Shown here: piece by piece, positions 63,569 through 64,000 of the stretch
How positions within the stretch are numbered: position 1 is the first letter of the stretch
Layout: each line of letters begins with the position of its first letter
Source of the DNA: an uncultured Verrucomicrobiae bacterium
GTDB taxonomy: Bacteria > Verrucomicrobiota > Verrucomicrobiia > Limisphaerales > JAFGQR01
NCBI GenBank assembly: GCA_963788655.1
Contig: CAWBHS010000059.1
Location: 1 to 64,000 of the forward strand
DNA length: 64,000 nt
Reading direction: 5' to 3'
The notes under the pieces: generated by a model
The model's input: the letters and a program-made list of their open reading frames with translations, nothing else
Database searches by the model: none
What the model was told of the DNA's origin: nothing
Position numbers and translations under genes: made by a program

Positions 63569-64000
63569 TCATTTAAATGCTTGGATGTTCTCAGCCACGA
63601 ATCGATGCAAAATCGGTTCCAAGTCGAGATTGCTACAGTTCGTCATCGAGCTTATCGAGGGCTCCTCTTTGCTCCGGCGTCAGGTTTCTCCGATCGCCAT
63701 GTATTCATCCAAATCCTCCGGTGGCTCGCCGTTAGGAAACACTCTCATTGCTTCCTTAAGAATTTCGGCATGGCGAGTCGCGCCGACGCCAACCAATCCT
63801 GCATAAGCATCTTGGAGCGGGACTGCTGCCGCATTGCCGAACCATCCCGCAAGCCCATTAATGCTCACGTTACGACGGAAATCGTAAGCGCACCAAAAAT
63901 GAAACTCCGCATCGCTTTCAACACAAGGCATTGCGTCGAGAGCGTTCATTAATACAAGCAAAGCGCTATCGCTGTCCGGTTCCTGCAATATCTTGTCGAT
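63569..64000 (-). CDS. Cassette DMP19/DUF4375-like protein, partial and frameshifted
   Basis: V..NGL.GWF.N...A..GL..VGA...AEIL..A...FP pattern; acidic sequence. Confidence 0.55.

Overview
GC-rich bacterial chromosomal window, probably Verrucomicrobiota (secreted protein ending in RFYRA, many REP-like palindrome families, PVC-type gene content). It has many single-base frameshifts that look like long-read or assembly indels. Left to right: (1) integron cassette array 1 (six attC sites, putative attI, destroyed intI); (2) carbohydrate and metabolic genes (GH2-GH127 fusion, SGNH esterase-GH43 fusion, SSADH, SpmAB, GH106); (3) a 12-repeat Myb/HTH-like protein, a short Cas12b-like N-terminal remnant and a complete type I-E CRISPR-Cas locus (37 repeats, 36 spacers) with toxin-antitoxin genes inserted; (4) ThuA/DUF1080, TspO, Hyi-like, RfaH-like and lnt genes; (5) an operon of an ABC permease, three SPFH proteins and a P1B-ATPase whose CPC motif has an in-frame UGA followed by a SECIS-like hairpin; (6) a truncated RT-bearing group II intron and cassette array 2, which runs off the window. 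Main findings: two near-identical 817-bp ORF-less group II introns inserted in sense orientation into attC cores, with an EBS1-type loop exactly complementary to the core; an IS110 inserted in another attC with a long structured non-coding end; the modular Myb-repeat protein beside a Cas12b relic; and a candidate selenocysteine P-type ATPase. No tRNA or rRNA genes were recognised.
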